From Trichoplax adhaerens (taxonomy: Eukaryota; Animalia; Placozoa), in the NCBI RefSeq assembly GCF_000150275.1, contig NW_002060943.1, forward strand, positions 4,360,008 through 4,424,007: a DNA stretch of 64,000 nucleotides. The letters are read 5' to 3'. The number at the start of each line of letters is the position of its first letter. Position 1 is the stretch's first letter. The notes under the pieces were generated by a model. The model had not been told where the DNA came from. It did not search any database and saw nothing but the letters and a program-made list of their open reading frames with translations. Of this stretch, positions 1-13,900 are shown piece after piece. A program made the translations under genes and the position numbers.

Positions 1-2997
1 ATCGTATGGCATTTTATGACACCTTGTATCCTGTGGAATCTTGGAATATACTAGTATACTGTAGGTTACAATTATCAACATTCTCTATAAGGAATGGAGA
101 AAAATGAACAATCACTATAAAAAAAGAATCCAGAAAATAGATCATCAGACAATACTGTAATTTCTTGCTATAGTGATTGTTTTGCATATAGGTATTCAAT
201 TACATACTGTGTAGTAATTGGATTATGCCATTATGTTCTGAAATGTTGCTTTATTTTATTAATTAGACCATTTAAAACCATCGTCACCGCACATATTAGA
301 TGAGATTCATTACAATTTGGGTCAAAATTTTTATCATGCTAGAGAAGAAAGGATAAGCAATGAAAATTAAAAGTCTTATATACGCATGTAAACGCATTCA
401 CGGTATATCAGCACAAATACAAAAAATTAAACTTTCATAAGTAAATTTTTAAGGTTAATTCTGAATTCAGATAGAAAGTTGTTAGTGACGCATGTTAAGG
501 CTTATTATATAATTATGAACCGGAAAATGCAAATTATAATGACGTATATCGAACACTCATTGTACGTAAATCGAGAAATGAATAATTTCTTATGACGTAA
601 TACGAATTACTTAGGAGTAATAATGCATTAATTGTGGAAGATTGTACAATTCTTTCATGACGTCTAAGGAAATATTGCATAAAAGTATTGTGCAGAAGAT
701 ATCGCTAATAAATGGAATAGTATTCAGCCGAAGAGTAGTATACCCTTTATATGTAGAGGAGCTATTAAGAATTAAAAAAAACAATTTATTATTTATGATA
801 GAGGAAATAACGCACATTGTGGCATAATGTATTATAGATTTGATTGTATACGTGATAATAGCATGGGAATGATCATCACTGATTGTTTTCGATTCTGATA
901 CTATTTCTTGCTAATCAGCTTCATTCCTGGTTTGATGTTTAGCTGTAAGCAATCAACAATTATGATTAACTTGTCATATATTTATTTTAGGTAATATTTC
1001 TCACTGATTAATTCTTATATCACGGCCCAAGCCGGTAATACGGCCTTAAATGCCACTAATATAATATCCTACAATATTGTGATCGAGAAAATTGATAAGT
1101 GCTTAACTGTCGCCAAAATGCATTTGTATTCTTGTGACAAATATATACCTGAAATATTTCTGGGTTTTCTTCTATCTCGAATTATTATCAAGACCAGCTT
1201 TCCGTGATAACTAGAAACTTATTCCTTAAGATTTGTGACATAACCAATATAGCCTCATCCTTATGCGTTGATGATAAATTTATGAACTCTTTCTATTATA
1301 AAAGTAACTCGCCTTTATACCTTCTATCTATATTTACGAGCAGCTACAGAGTATACATACATGAAAATTAATACTAATATACAATATTTCTATCGTATAT
1401 CTTTAGACCTAAATTTTTACTTCTTTTTAGAATACTTAAGAGCGCGTGTAGAACACGAGATCGGTCATTATCAGAACATGATCTGACCTTTGAGCTTTCT
1501 TATGAATTACTTATTTAACTAAGTTACTTGCCCTTACTGGAAAATGAATTGGTTTTGCTATCTATAACTCTAATGATGAGCTATCTGCTGTATAACGATC
1601 GATACAACGTATTTATACTTAATTGTGATCTTCAATAAAATGACATTAATATACTCCGGTGGATCGATTTTAGTGAGCAATAAGCAAACTTCATATCGGT
1701 TTGATGTTTTGGTGAAAAAAGTTGATATTATTGAACCCTAAGTGTTGATAAAGACTTTGCTCCCTTTGATTATTGACATAAATATATCAAAAGCATTACA
1801 AAAATTCTATACAGTATATGTCATTGATACATGAGGTGAAAGAGCAATGTTGTATTAGTGCTATCATCAAAGTTTATTAGAATTGAATACTTTATGGTTA
1901 ATTTTTTTATGTGATGGAATAGAAATTCTATATTCTTGCTATCATCATAGTCTTTTTGAATGGAACACTTAATGATCAATTTTTGTATCACGTATTGCTT
2001 AATGACATTGCTAACGATATCGTCAAGCGATAGAAGATTTTGGAATGGTTGTGAATTATTAGCAAAGATGTTTTGTGGTAGGAACTTTCTGCGCCGAAAT
2101 TCTAATTCCTGACTTAAAAACAATATCTGCAAATAAGGAAAATATAATTTTTCGACGTAAAAAGGGTGATTGCGCAATATGAGCATCAATATCTTAGTCG
2201 GCTACATGCTTAATGGCCTGTAATTAAGAGGAGAAATATCGAGTAAAATTGAAATTCATTTCTATTTATCTATAATTATAGAATTTTTATTTTATTAATA
2301 GCTGTCATGCTTTAATTAATGGTAACATTATTATTTCAAAGTCAGAGCAGGATTTATAAATAAGCATGAAAGTCATTTACATTAGTGCCACCTTACACCA
2401 TTTAAAATGGATTGGTAGTCAGTCCATTAGGACCGAAAAACAATCAATACACAGTATTGATAAAGGGTTAGAGTAGTTAAAATAGTACGGTATTCTACCG
2501 AATAGTTGAAATTTCCTTGTTGAAAACTACACAATATCATTATAGCCAATGTTTTGCAACATAGTCTACTTCAAAACCAATAATGAATAATCTTGTTCTA
2601 GCAAAATAATTGGATAGTTGCATCATAATTAATCTCTTCAAATTATAAACCATTACCAAATCAACAATATACCATCCATCTATCATTCGCAAACAAGATT
2701 ATTTGGTCAAAAGTAGTTACATTATGCTTACATTTATCAATACAACAAGAGTAAGTTATGATGAAATATGCTAAAGTACAAATCTAACCAACATCAGCAC
2801 CATAAATGATCGATGGGCTTGTGATGAACAAAGTGATTAGTAAGGATAGTTCTAAACGATTGCGTTTCATTTTTCATTGAAGCAATGTCCAATTTTCAGT
2901 AAAATAGGGCTGTTTTAGTTCAAAATGAGCTAAGTGAAATGAAGACACTGTGTTCACCTTGTCCCCAAGTTTCAGCTACAAAAAAGGTTAATTTTCT

Positions 2998-5660
2998 TTA
3001 ATCTTTATGCTGATCAATATTTTGAATTTTTTCTGGTATGGTAACTAACCATCGATTATCTTGAAGGGCGTTTTTCGATGGTGAATTAGGAGTATAAGTT
3101 AAATACATTGGATTAGCTGTAGGAGTTACTGTTTCATTGCTATTCACATTCTTCTTGCTATCTGGCGAAGTTTCATATTGATTTGTTAAGACAGTAATAC
3201 TGCTAGAGGTTCTTGCTCTTTTTTCTCGAGCTCGACGATTCTATAGATAATTATTAAAATTTTATCAGGTCGATTCTATAATTCATATAAACGTATAACA
3301 TGATGACTACCATTTTTAATTACGGCAAAAACTATGGTAAAAGAAATTAATATTCATTTACTTTAAATTAAAATTGACTTTACTAGATTTAACTATGTTT
3401 GCTCTGCACCTGGATCTATTATGACAAGACTAACCTGAAACCAATTTTTAACACGATGTTCCTTTAAATCTAATTTCCTACAAAGATTTTCAATATCGCG
3501 AGGTGATAGGTATTGTTGTTGTTGAAAAACATCTTCCATTAAATTTAACTGATCCTTTGAAAATGGAATGCGTGGACAGCGACTAATTCTTCTCTTCTTT
3601 TGAGTGCAGTCTATATGATTTTAATCAAGGTAGAAAATAAAGAGTTAATAGGAAGAAGAGGCATCGTTAGTAAACAAATCAATTTAGGCTGTTCAGTTTC
3701 TTTGTTACATTAATGGCTAAGTGATAACTAAGCAAAATATTCAGTTAGATTAAAATCTATTGCAGTATTTATAACCCATTAAATTAGTGATGAGAACTGT
3801 ATTTCTTGATCAATCATTTTATATATTCAATATTCAACTAGAAACTATTTTCTTGGACGGTAAGCGTTGGTGAGCTAGCTTAAATTCCGCCAAAAAGTAA
3901 TACTAATAAGGGTTATCTGATGATATTGTACAGAGATTGCAAATATTTGAAATATGGTATGATTAATTTTAACTTTCAGTTAGCACTATTATTTGGGTAC
4001 TTAGGAATTGGAACATATACTGTATCTAAGTAAGTAATTAACTAATAAAAATAACTTGATGTAGCAATAGCATAATCTTTTATGCGTAAATAAATATATG
4101 TGTTGGATAGATTATGCGTTTGATATCATACAGAATGAAGTATACAGTATTGTGTTTATTTCATAATGAAAGTATTTATATCAATGTAATGAAAATATTT
4201 CTGGTTGGAAAGAAATCAAAAGTTAAAGCCGCTTCCATAAGGATATGAGTCTTACAGTGATTAGTTATAGACAAAGATGATTAGTGGCAGGACTTTGGTA
4301 CGTATCTTTAAGATCAAATAGATTCTTATAAAAGTCCGAACATGCTTTTGCGTTAGCTTTGGATTATTTTATTATATGATAATTTAAGACAATGGGGGGT
4401 ACTGCAAAACATATTCTATCTTATGTGTATAATAGCTTTGACAGACTCTGAATACATTGTTCCATTAAATATGGGGGCAAAGCTAGACGTGTATGATAGC
4501 ATTGAGATCTTGCTTTAGACGTTATGTCTATAGCGACACGCCAATAATTGCTATAGATCCCTATTAATAGTTATGTAATAACATTATTGAGTAACAAAAA
4601 CCTTTTAGAGACCTCAGCAGGATCAAATTATGATCAAGAAGAGCTCAAGTACAAATTTCTTTTATCTGTCAATACAGCAGTTATCTAAAATTGTCGCCGA
4701 ATTGCCAGACAGCTTTTAATATGTAAAGCTATTCACGTACCAATATAGAAATTAAAATAAAAGCTATAATTTTGGTATGCCATACATTTAATAACACCGT
4801 ATATCCCTCTTTTATTCGGTGAATGGATTGATTTTATTGAATGTAGCTGAATGATATCCTATATTGCAGTAGCCTTGAATAATGCACTACTAATCTGATA
4901 AATTGTTATGGAGCCCTTTGGACTAAATCTTTCGGGACTATTACATTACCACCTTTTCTATGATAGGATTATTCATTTATGATTGCGATAATGTTTGTTT
5001 TCTAGTCAATTAACGTATAGTTTTAGTATGAGCTAACCAAACGATATGATGTGAATGCTTTTACTAAATGTTTAAGTAACGAACTATGTATTAGAGCCTT
5101 CATTAAATCGATTTTTTACTGCTTTAATATATGTCATATATTCGATTGAAAGGAAATGCCGATAATATCATTAAATTATCGTAATGTAACTAAAGAGTTG
5201 ATAGTAATAGAAAAGGTTATCGGTGCCTAGAAGAAAAGAGCCTGGTGTAGTTAAACTTACTTTTTTGTCCGTCTTCATTAGAATTGTCATTTTTAACGGT
5301 TACTGGAGTAAAATGAGGATTTGTTTGCAACCAGTCTAGTCGTCCAAGACCAAAATAAGGTGCTGGATAAGTATAACGAAAGTCATTGGGGTTATAGCTA
5401 TTACGGTAATAAGCATAATTAGGATCTATAGCCATTGGTGCTACTGTCGAATTGGCAAAACCTAAAATACGATCGACGGAAAATGGCATCGTTGTTGGTG
5501 CTGTAAATTTGTTAGCAATAGGTTCTTTGCTAAAATCAGTTTGAAAATTTTTTTCATCCTTAGGCTTTTCCGTTAAAGTTGGGCAAGATTGGCCAAGGCG
5601 ATGGCATTTGGCATTGGATTTCTTATTATTCTTAACTTTTTCTCGCTTTGCAACTACCAT
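2998..5660 (-). CDS. ANTP-class (NKL) homeobox gene, Msxlx-like; exons 5660-5261, 3610-3435, 3240-2998 (~272 aa; 3' end uncertain)
   Basis: Joining at GT-AG sites with matching phases gives the homeodomain SRCPRIPFSKDQLNLMEDVFQQQQYLSPRDIENLCRKLDLKEHRVKNWFQ|NRRAREKR (R5, F8, W48, F49, Q50, N51, R53). P4/P7, D30-I31, R44 and C-terminal ARE(K/R)R resemble the Msxlx family. Exon 1 carries an eh1 motif (PFSVDRIL). A possible donor at 3049 could give an alternative short C-terminus. Confidence 0.88.
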
Positions 5661-5699
5661 TTTTGAGACCTTGAGACAGGACAGAGATTTGAAAACTGA

Positions 5700-5730
5700 T
5701 GTAATTGATTGGTTGGGGACGATATATAGT
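5700..5730 (-). promoter_or_regulatory. Possible core promoter (TATA-like) of the homeobox gene
   Basis: TATATA about 65 nt upstream of the ATG at 5660 on the minus strand. Weak evidence in AT-rich DNA. Confidence 0.3.
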
Positions 5731-7730
5731 GTTGCCCTATAGGGGTACTCTTCAAAACTTCAATCAATTATGCAAATACCTCTGATGTTTTATCAATTGT
5801 TAATAAATAAATAATGAACAATAGTCGGAAAGTTATGAACACTACGCTTTAAGTTCTTTCTATATTTTCAATCTTGTTATTTCATCAATAGAATCGCTTT
5901 TAAACAACTGGTGCTATTTAATCCCTTAGTTGACAATTGACTTGTTAATCTATCTTGACAAGGTTGTACAGTACAGATAAATAAAAAAGTTCAATTAAAA
6001 AATAACCGATTAAGTGAATGATATTGATTGATGAAATAAAAATTAAAAAAATCCTCCTACATCCATGTGGGCCGAAGGAAAGTCTTCACAAGGTTGCTAA
6101 GCCGATTTAATTAGATGCTCGTTAATTACAATCATTACCTTCTTTTCAAGATAACATCAGTCTAGCGTTATTATTTCATCTTGATTCAATTGAATTTATG
6201 TTGATCATCAAAATTGTTTCGTATTATCATCATCATCATCATCACATCAATTTGTTTGCAAATAACAATACTAAATGCTAGTATGATGACTATGTTTCAA
6301 GTTGGTTTCAAGCCACATAGTAACGGAAGCGATGTCGAATATGCAAATTTTATACGGTAATTTTTGCCATATTCAGTAGTTAGTCATGATCATCATATTG
6401 ATGATCAATAATTATTATTGTTGTTATTGTTTTTGGCTGGGCTAATCCTTAAAGTCAATAATAATTTCATTACTTTGCACTAACCGACAAAGTGTACAAG
6501 GATCTCCACTACTATGTCAATATCATTTATTGCTATTGTAGCTTAGTGATCTAGATGTGTAAATACAGTACTATTAAACGGATAACGGTTAGAAGTCATA
6601 ATAGAAGCTATCAGCTTTAGCGTGATAATGTCATTTTCGTGGCTTTGGATAGAAAATTGACGTATTACAGCCTACAAGTTGAAACGACGATGTCTTGATG
6701 AAGTCGTTAATGAGTAATTTTATTTTGGTCTCAATTTCAGCCGATAGGATAGATGTAAAAGGAATTGAATGATTTTTATTGAACAGTGCATGAAAGACAA
6801 GAGCTTTGAAGAAAATAAAAACCGCTGTGATTAGATCTAGATACGCAACTTTTTATTGCTATAAATTAAATTTTTTTTGTTTAATATTACTTTGTTTCTT
6901 GTATTAGCTGATACCGCTACGTGAGTATAGTAATTTTTTTTATCTAATGAATAGATTACTTAAAAAAATGAGTAGTAGTTGTGAAAAGAGAGAATAAACT
7001 TATGGCGTTCTATGCGATAATCGTATCGCAACGGAAATTGTCGGTGTTGGAATTACTTCTTACTTTTTAATTAAATATCGACAATCTAAAGTTTTCTTTT
7101 TCTTTACAAGGTGCACTAAAATCCATTCGTCATTCAACAATTGAAATGGACCGATCATATGATCGAAAATTTCCCTGCTAGGACGTATCTTATTGTCGGC
7201 TATGAGGAGCTCATTTTAATTACTGTTATACGTCTATGACATCATCACGGCATTGGAAAATTTTGTATGAAGACAAGGATGATTAAGAAGGAAACTTGAT
7301 AGATGAAGGATAAGAAAGTGTGAGTAGAAGACATTGAAAACAAAGATATAATTGTTGATTACTGTGACAAGGATTTATAGTTCTGATAATATAATATATT
7401 TGAAGAGGTTGTTTCCACCCCTTAACTATGGTGCTAACAACTTTATTGCTTTACATAGAATTTGTTAGATAATGCCGCTTCTACTTTTCAAACAGTTGGT
7501 TTCAGGCTACAGAGAGATCTTTCTTTTGCAAACGTCATAGTATGTTTGACTTGTGTCAGGTTTGATCAGTAGCGATCACGATCGTGTATTGCTAGACTAA
7601 CGATAGATATTTACCTGAAAGGAATATATTAATTCGAATATTACAAGTTAGAAACAGTCGTACTGGATTGACTATGTACTTGATATTTCCTGGAAAAGTT
7701 AGTCGATATTGCAGTACTGTTCACCATTTG

Positions 7731-7972
7731 TTATCGATGGCCACATAATATCAACTTGTCATCAATATCAGCCTTAATGGCTCGATATGATAGAGCTGAG
7801 AGAAATAATAATAATACGCCGATCAGCATCAAAGCGTCTAGAATGATGTCTCTATTAAAAAATTTGATTAGAAATTACTGCTATATGATGAAATAAACCA
7901 ATTTACTCACTCCTATCACTCAGTCTGCGGCATCACAGCACGCCATGTCTTTTGAAACATTCTTCTCGCCAT
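7731..7972 (-). CDS. Putative spliced 57-aa single-pass membrane microprotein; exons 7972-7920 and 7851-7731
   Basis: TTTTAATAG acceptors at 7984-7983 and 7853-7852. Donor GTGATA at 7919 gives MARRMFQKTWRAVMPQTEDIILDALMLIGVLLLFLSALSYRAIKADIDDKLILCGHR*, with one ~20-aa hydrophobic stretch. No family recognised. Confidence 0.4.
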
Positions 7973-10900
7973 AGGTGTAGTTCTATTAAAATAGCAATTA
8001 GTATTGGCTAGTCAATGCTATTTTCCTGACTGCAGGGAGGATTAGCAGTCTCGAGTTATGCTATTTTATCTTTAAACTAAATTGTACACGCCTTAATCAA
8101 TATTTCCTTTATTTTGCCACCTAGCATTTACTCATCATATTAACTGATCAGTAACTTATTGTACTCAGCTATTTTTATGTACCCTGTGATACCTTATAAT
8201 TTATTTGAAAGGTAGCATTATTTATCATTGATAACAAGACAGATCAATTAATATAATTTATAGACAGCAATAATAACAATATCGTAATGACGTTAATGTG
8301 ATGATAATAAAATTGAATCAATAGATTTATAAAATCTTAATGTCTTAACGTACTTTATTGATGCTGATTTATAAATTACTTTATATATTGCAAGATGATA
8401 GTTTAACTAGATAAGGTAAGAAGCTTTTTCTATTATCTACTGAATCTAATGATGAAAAATTGAGTGGCATTGGTATGTAATCTGATAAAGTTTTATTCTC
8501 AATATTCAAAAGTTTGCTTACTATATCCGAATAGGATCATGCTTTAATAAATCATCAAGAATCTAGGCTTTAATAGTTTTTCTTGTCTTGTAACTTGTCC
8601 GTGAAATTTAAACCAATGGCTTAATCCTAAAACAAAGACTGCTTTTAGATTGAGTAATATGCGGTTACAATTAAATTTAATCTGTTAGTAGTAATAACAA
8701 GCTCCTATTAATAATGTACGTACAATAGTATATCTTCTTCCTAAAAGTAACTAAATCCATATATCGCAATGAATATTAGCGAAGTAATGCGCTAAATTTG
8801 AATTATTATGTGCAGGTAGCAGCTGATAACCTATATAATTTGTTGTGCGATATAGTGACTATTATTTTAACATAAAATGGATTGAATTAGTGTCGGCGTT
8901 AACCCGAGTTTATGATGAAATAAGAGTGTTAATTGTAGCTAATAAATCATTATCAAAGTCATATCTCTAATTGTAGGGTATGGACATATATTTCGCCTGG
9001 ATTTTCTTACAGGATAGTAGTAGCTTTAGGTAGTGCTTTTAGTCAAGCTAATCATCATAACTGTAATTAAATGTAATCTATTAAGACGGCATAAACCTTT
9101 ATAATATTTTAGAAGGCAAATGACTGACTGAGTCATAGACTATATTGTTGAAGGTAAGGACTTGAAAATCCGTACGCATTTCTTAGTTGTAGTTAATCTA
9201 AGAGGCAGTGAATCTACGCCACGCTCAGGCGAGTAATATGATTGAAGACAACTTGCAGAAAAAACTTTTCCTTTTATCCAGACTATCAACTTAATAATGG
9301 AGTAAAAAATTGTGGATTAATTGATACACTACATTTTAATTTTAACCTATGATGCCTTTCAAATAAAATACTATAGCATGAAAAGGTAACGACAAATATA
9401 ATATCTGCATGCACCCACTAGATAATGCTAGCTGTAGTCTATCACCGGTGTCTTTAAATGCACACTATTGAATTGCATTTTAATGCAATTATTAAATGCT
9501 TTGTTGAACGTTCCTTTATTGAAGCCTCTTACATTCATTCCTGTTAATGGTCTAATGACAAGTGGAGTTGAGACAGACTTTATGAAATTGACTTCGATCG
9601 ATACGGCCATACAGTATACCGGAGACATTGTGTAATTTTCTGCACGTAATATTTCCGGAGCTCAATATTATTGCTATCGTTAATTTAATATTAGTTTAAT
9701 TTATCCCATAACTATTGAATACAGCCGATAGTTAACTTTACGGTACTAATTTAACTTAATGTAAGAGGTCTGACGTATGTGTTATAGTTCAAGTTGGAGC
9801 GATGGCAATGATTTCTAGGTTCTTTTAATATGCATGTTTATTCAAAATTAGAGTGTCAACTAACAGAATCTGGCTTAAAATCATTTCGAAAATATCTAAG
9901 TATAAGGCTGAATATTGAAAATACGACGCTTATTCGTTTAGAAATCTCTAGCAGGTGTTGTCTTAGATTTATAATAATTTTCATAAATTCTTGTATCACT
10001 AGTAATTTGGCATCGCAACGTTAACAATTCTAATCATGGATATGGGATGAAGATGTATGCTGATGGATATTTTAATTAAATTATTCCTGGAACCTTAATA
10101 TTACATTTGACAAATAATTCTAGACTTTATCTCTTCGTAAGAAATATTATCTGTAATGGAACTATTTGCCTTATGCTATATGGCATATATTGAATTCATT
10201 GTTTTGCATTGTCATGGATTTAGGTTTAATTTTAAGTGTTAGCGATCGAAAGGTTGATCTTGATTTAAATAATAGTGACTTCACGGTAATGCTATATTTC
10301 AGAGAAATGGAAAGAGGATCCATTTCATCAGTTTGACGTTATGCTGTTATTTGCTGTTAGTGAGTTATTTATAGTGTAGATAGAACATTACGTTCTCAAA
10401 AATCTTAATACTGGGCGCTTAGATCAAAAGATCGCTTATGTTAACGATGAGATTGTTTATTTAATCTGGGAAAGGATCCTGTACTTTTGTGAATAATATT
10501 ATTTGATTATCATGGGTTTCTTAGCATAGTATTAATGGATGTCATAGCTGACGAATCCTTACGATAATCGATATACTCATCTCTACTAATTTATTGAATT
10601 AAGGTGTATCTATATTTGTGCATTTATGAATGATTCATGCACGGTAGAAATGCATCCTATTATAGCGTGATGTTTTGACTTGGAATTAATCCATACTAAT
10701 ACCAAACTTTGTCAGGCCATAGTACAGTACTCTAAGCACCGTCCTATGACGATCATTCATATTCTATTCTCATTCAGCAATTTAATATTAAAGATTGCGA
10801 GTCAATTTCTCTTCGTCAGCGATATGTATCAATAGCTATTACGAGGTAAATTGGCTTGATGCGGGAATCTACTAATATAAGCCAAAAGAATTTGTTTAAA

Positions 10901-13900
10901 GAAGATGATGCCTTCAGATTTTTATGTACACAGATCGGCTACTATCAATAAGTTAAATGCTTGAGTCAATAATTTAAGTCGGTTTGAGATCAAAAGACTG
11001 TTGATCTTGTGTCAACTTAACATGTTTGAGCACTTCAATTCTTGATGATTAGCTCTTACGTTGATCAATACTTGTATTCAACTTAGCACTAGATAGACAA
11101 GTAGAAAGGATACCGATAGCATAATAGATGACTGATTAAGTTATTAATTCACTTCAGGATCAAAGAAAATGATTATCTGCTATTGTTTCGTACCGGCACT
11201 TCTTTTATTTTATTAGCAAGTGGTTTTATTGGTTATACGTTAAAAAGCACTAATTATTACTCTAACTGTATTGATGATGTTGTTATTGGAAGAGATAGTC
11301 CTTCGTGTATTGAAACTAGTAGTGAAAGATATTAAATTACAGGTATTACAATATAAGACTAGTATGCACGAATCAAATGATGATATCAAAATACCAGTCG
11401 GAAATCTTTATTTTCTGTATACTAGCGGAATCAGTTTAGGATCAAGATCGACAAATAAAATTCATTTAAAAGATTTAGGATTTGAAATTTTATTTCCTGC
11501 TGAAATTAATCGCGATAATTCTCGAATAACTTTCAGTTCCGCCGTTTTAATAAAACAGGAAATGTGCTTTAGTTTTTTCACTTTTCAAGCATTCAAAAAC
11601 ATACCAATCATTGGCGTGTAGATTGGTCATCAATAAGAATACTGTAGTGTCTATCGAATAGCGGAAAGGCGCGTTGACTATATTGAACTACAAACCATAA
11701 AAGTAGTCTTAAAAATATAAAAATAAGGTTGTTCTTAGTGTATAATGAAATCTATATTCTCAATAGAAGTCATCTTAGATGATTTTATTAAATATAAATA
11801 CAGCTATAGAGCATAACTTTACATCTTATCTTTAAAGGGATGCAACGACAATCCTAGCCGAGATTATCATAAAATCATAAAAAATCACATTGTTTCTACG
11901 CTAGGTACTTCATGAGGTTAGTGAGACTATTCAGAAATTAGAATATTAATCTTGCGTGCTTGGTATTATGAAAGATAACCATTGTAAATCTTAATAAGTT
12001 TAAAAATGCAGTCATTATATGTCACATAGCTTAATCAGATATTTCCTTAGCATTGATCATGCAGGCTACAATCTGCCCGAGAAAGATTAACTTCGAATAA
12101 TATCAGTTGTGTAACATCCAAGTAATTTTTACCGTAAGTACGCATTTCCATACTGTTATTTTTAAAAAGGTTCTTATTAGATTCAAACTTTGCTGCTTTA
12201 ATTAATATAGTCGGGCAAATAACGATCAAATGAAATGTTGGGTGATATCTTTAGGATGTTATAAGATAACTTGATAACATAACTCTATCTTATGAATATG
12301 CTGTAATAAATTAATTCGCTATATTTATATATGTTGCTGCCTCTTTGGCTTGGTATTCTTGCCTTCGTACTTTTAATAGCAAGTATGTGTGTAAAAACAG
12401 CTGCTACGATCAGTACTGGTATAATTGATTTTAATAAAGGAGTAGCTAAGGATTAATTAGTATTGATACTTCTGCAGTAGGACTATAGAGCATTAAAAAA
12501 ACAAATTAATATGCTTTGAAGTATTTTAGTGCAGATGCTAGTAAGGCTGCAAAAACTTTGTTGATATTTCAGATTATATTTAATTGAACCAGGTTCGGGA
12601 TATGTCCCATATTCCTTTTATCTAGTGTCTTAAAAATGCCAGAATTGATATGCTTTGAAGTGTTTACGTCATTAAAGCTAAAACAGAGGAAACTTTAGTA
12701 GCCTTAATATGGCTGTACTTATTCATGGTTACACTATTCAGTAAATAAGCTCAAATTTCAATGATCATCGTCATTAAATAATAACTACAATTATGTAAGG
12801 TGATATCGCGTGCTACAGGATTATCTGCTTGAATCGATTTATTTTAGCAATAAAATTTAAATTAACTGCATTGTAATAGGAGTGTTATTTAATAGTTAGT
12901 GGCCTTAAAGCATGCAAAAATAAGTGTGCTAATTTATCATTAAACATTTGGCATAGGAGATATAAATTTTAATTAGCTGTGAAAAACACGTTTTTGAAAG
13001 TCATGTAATAAACATTTGCTGTAGCAAGCGATCGATAAACTAGTTGATTTGGTTAAAATTTTCCTCTATAAGATAACGAAGAATATATGTAGTGAGGTAG
13101 CGACTTGATGTATGGTAGTAATTAGATATTCGATTAATAGCATTTCATTAATCGCAAAAGTTGCTTCTATTCCTCCCTGTTCCCTAATGAGGCAAAAGAA
13201 TAGCCATGAAAAGGTATTACATTATGAAAATGATTTTTAACATCATGACTAAATTTAACATTATGAACAAAGTATCTACGAGATGCATTTAGTACGGCTT
13301 AGTTCTTTTACCTTGAAATAATAAAAAGTACTTGCTTTCCATATATATTTTTCAAGCTGTATCTTAAGTCGATGACAGGATCGAGCATTTCTCATGCATG
13401 GCATCTAGTAAAACCCTGTATTGCAATCTTGTGTTGGCTACATGTTTAGCCTAAATTGTCATACTTAGCTATGTGTAATATAGAACTTGGTACATTATTC
13501 AACTTATTCGTTTAATTCTTTCATTTTTGGTACGTAAAACAAGACGGAGCGCGCATACGAGCATTGAAAAAATATAGTACCTTTTTTTATCAAGAAGTAA
13601 ATTACTATAATATGTTAGCCTATCCCTCTCCTGGAAACAAAGTTTATATTAAAGAACATTTATTTATGATGCTTCAATCTATCATTAAGCAGTTGTTCTT
13701 TACTGATTTAGCTACGTTATATTGTATAACACGATATAACTAATATGGGTAAGTTCCCACGTTCGTGTTCATTAGTAGTGGCTATAACCACCATAACCTT
13801 GGTTTTTAGCATTTCATGAGATAGTGTTTCGAAAGATATCGTTAATTGAAAGCCAAGAGAGAGGTGAAATTAATATAATATTAATAAAGATTAATATTTC

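Noticed and set aside
25-1210. Minus-strand exon-like pieces (about 25-59, 902-942, 1148-1210)
   Set aside because: They have splice-like ends, but I could not join them into a consistent or recognisable ORF. They may belong to a gene left of the window.
1821-2189. 122-aa ORF, and similar track ORFs (9428, 11271, 18062, 30216, 55521 etc.)
   Set aside because: I/L/F/K/N-rich translations typical of random AT-rich DNA, several with non-ATG starts, and no domain or splice support.
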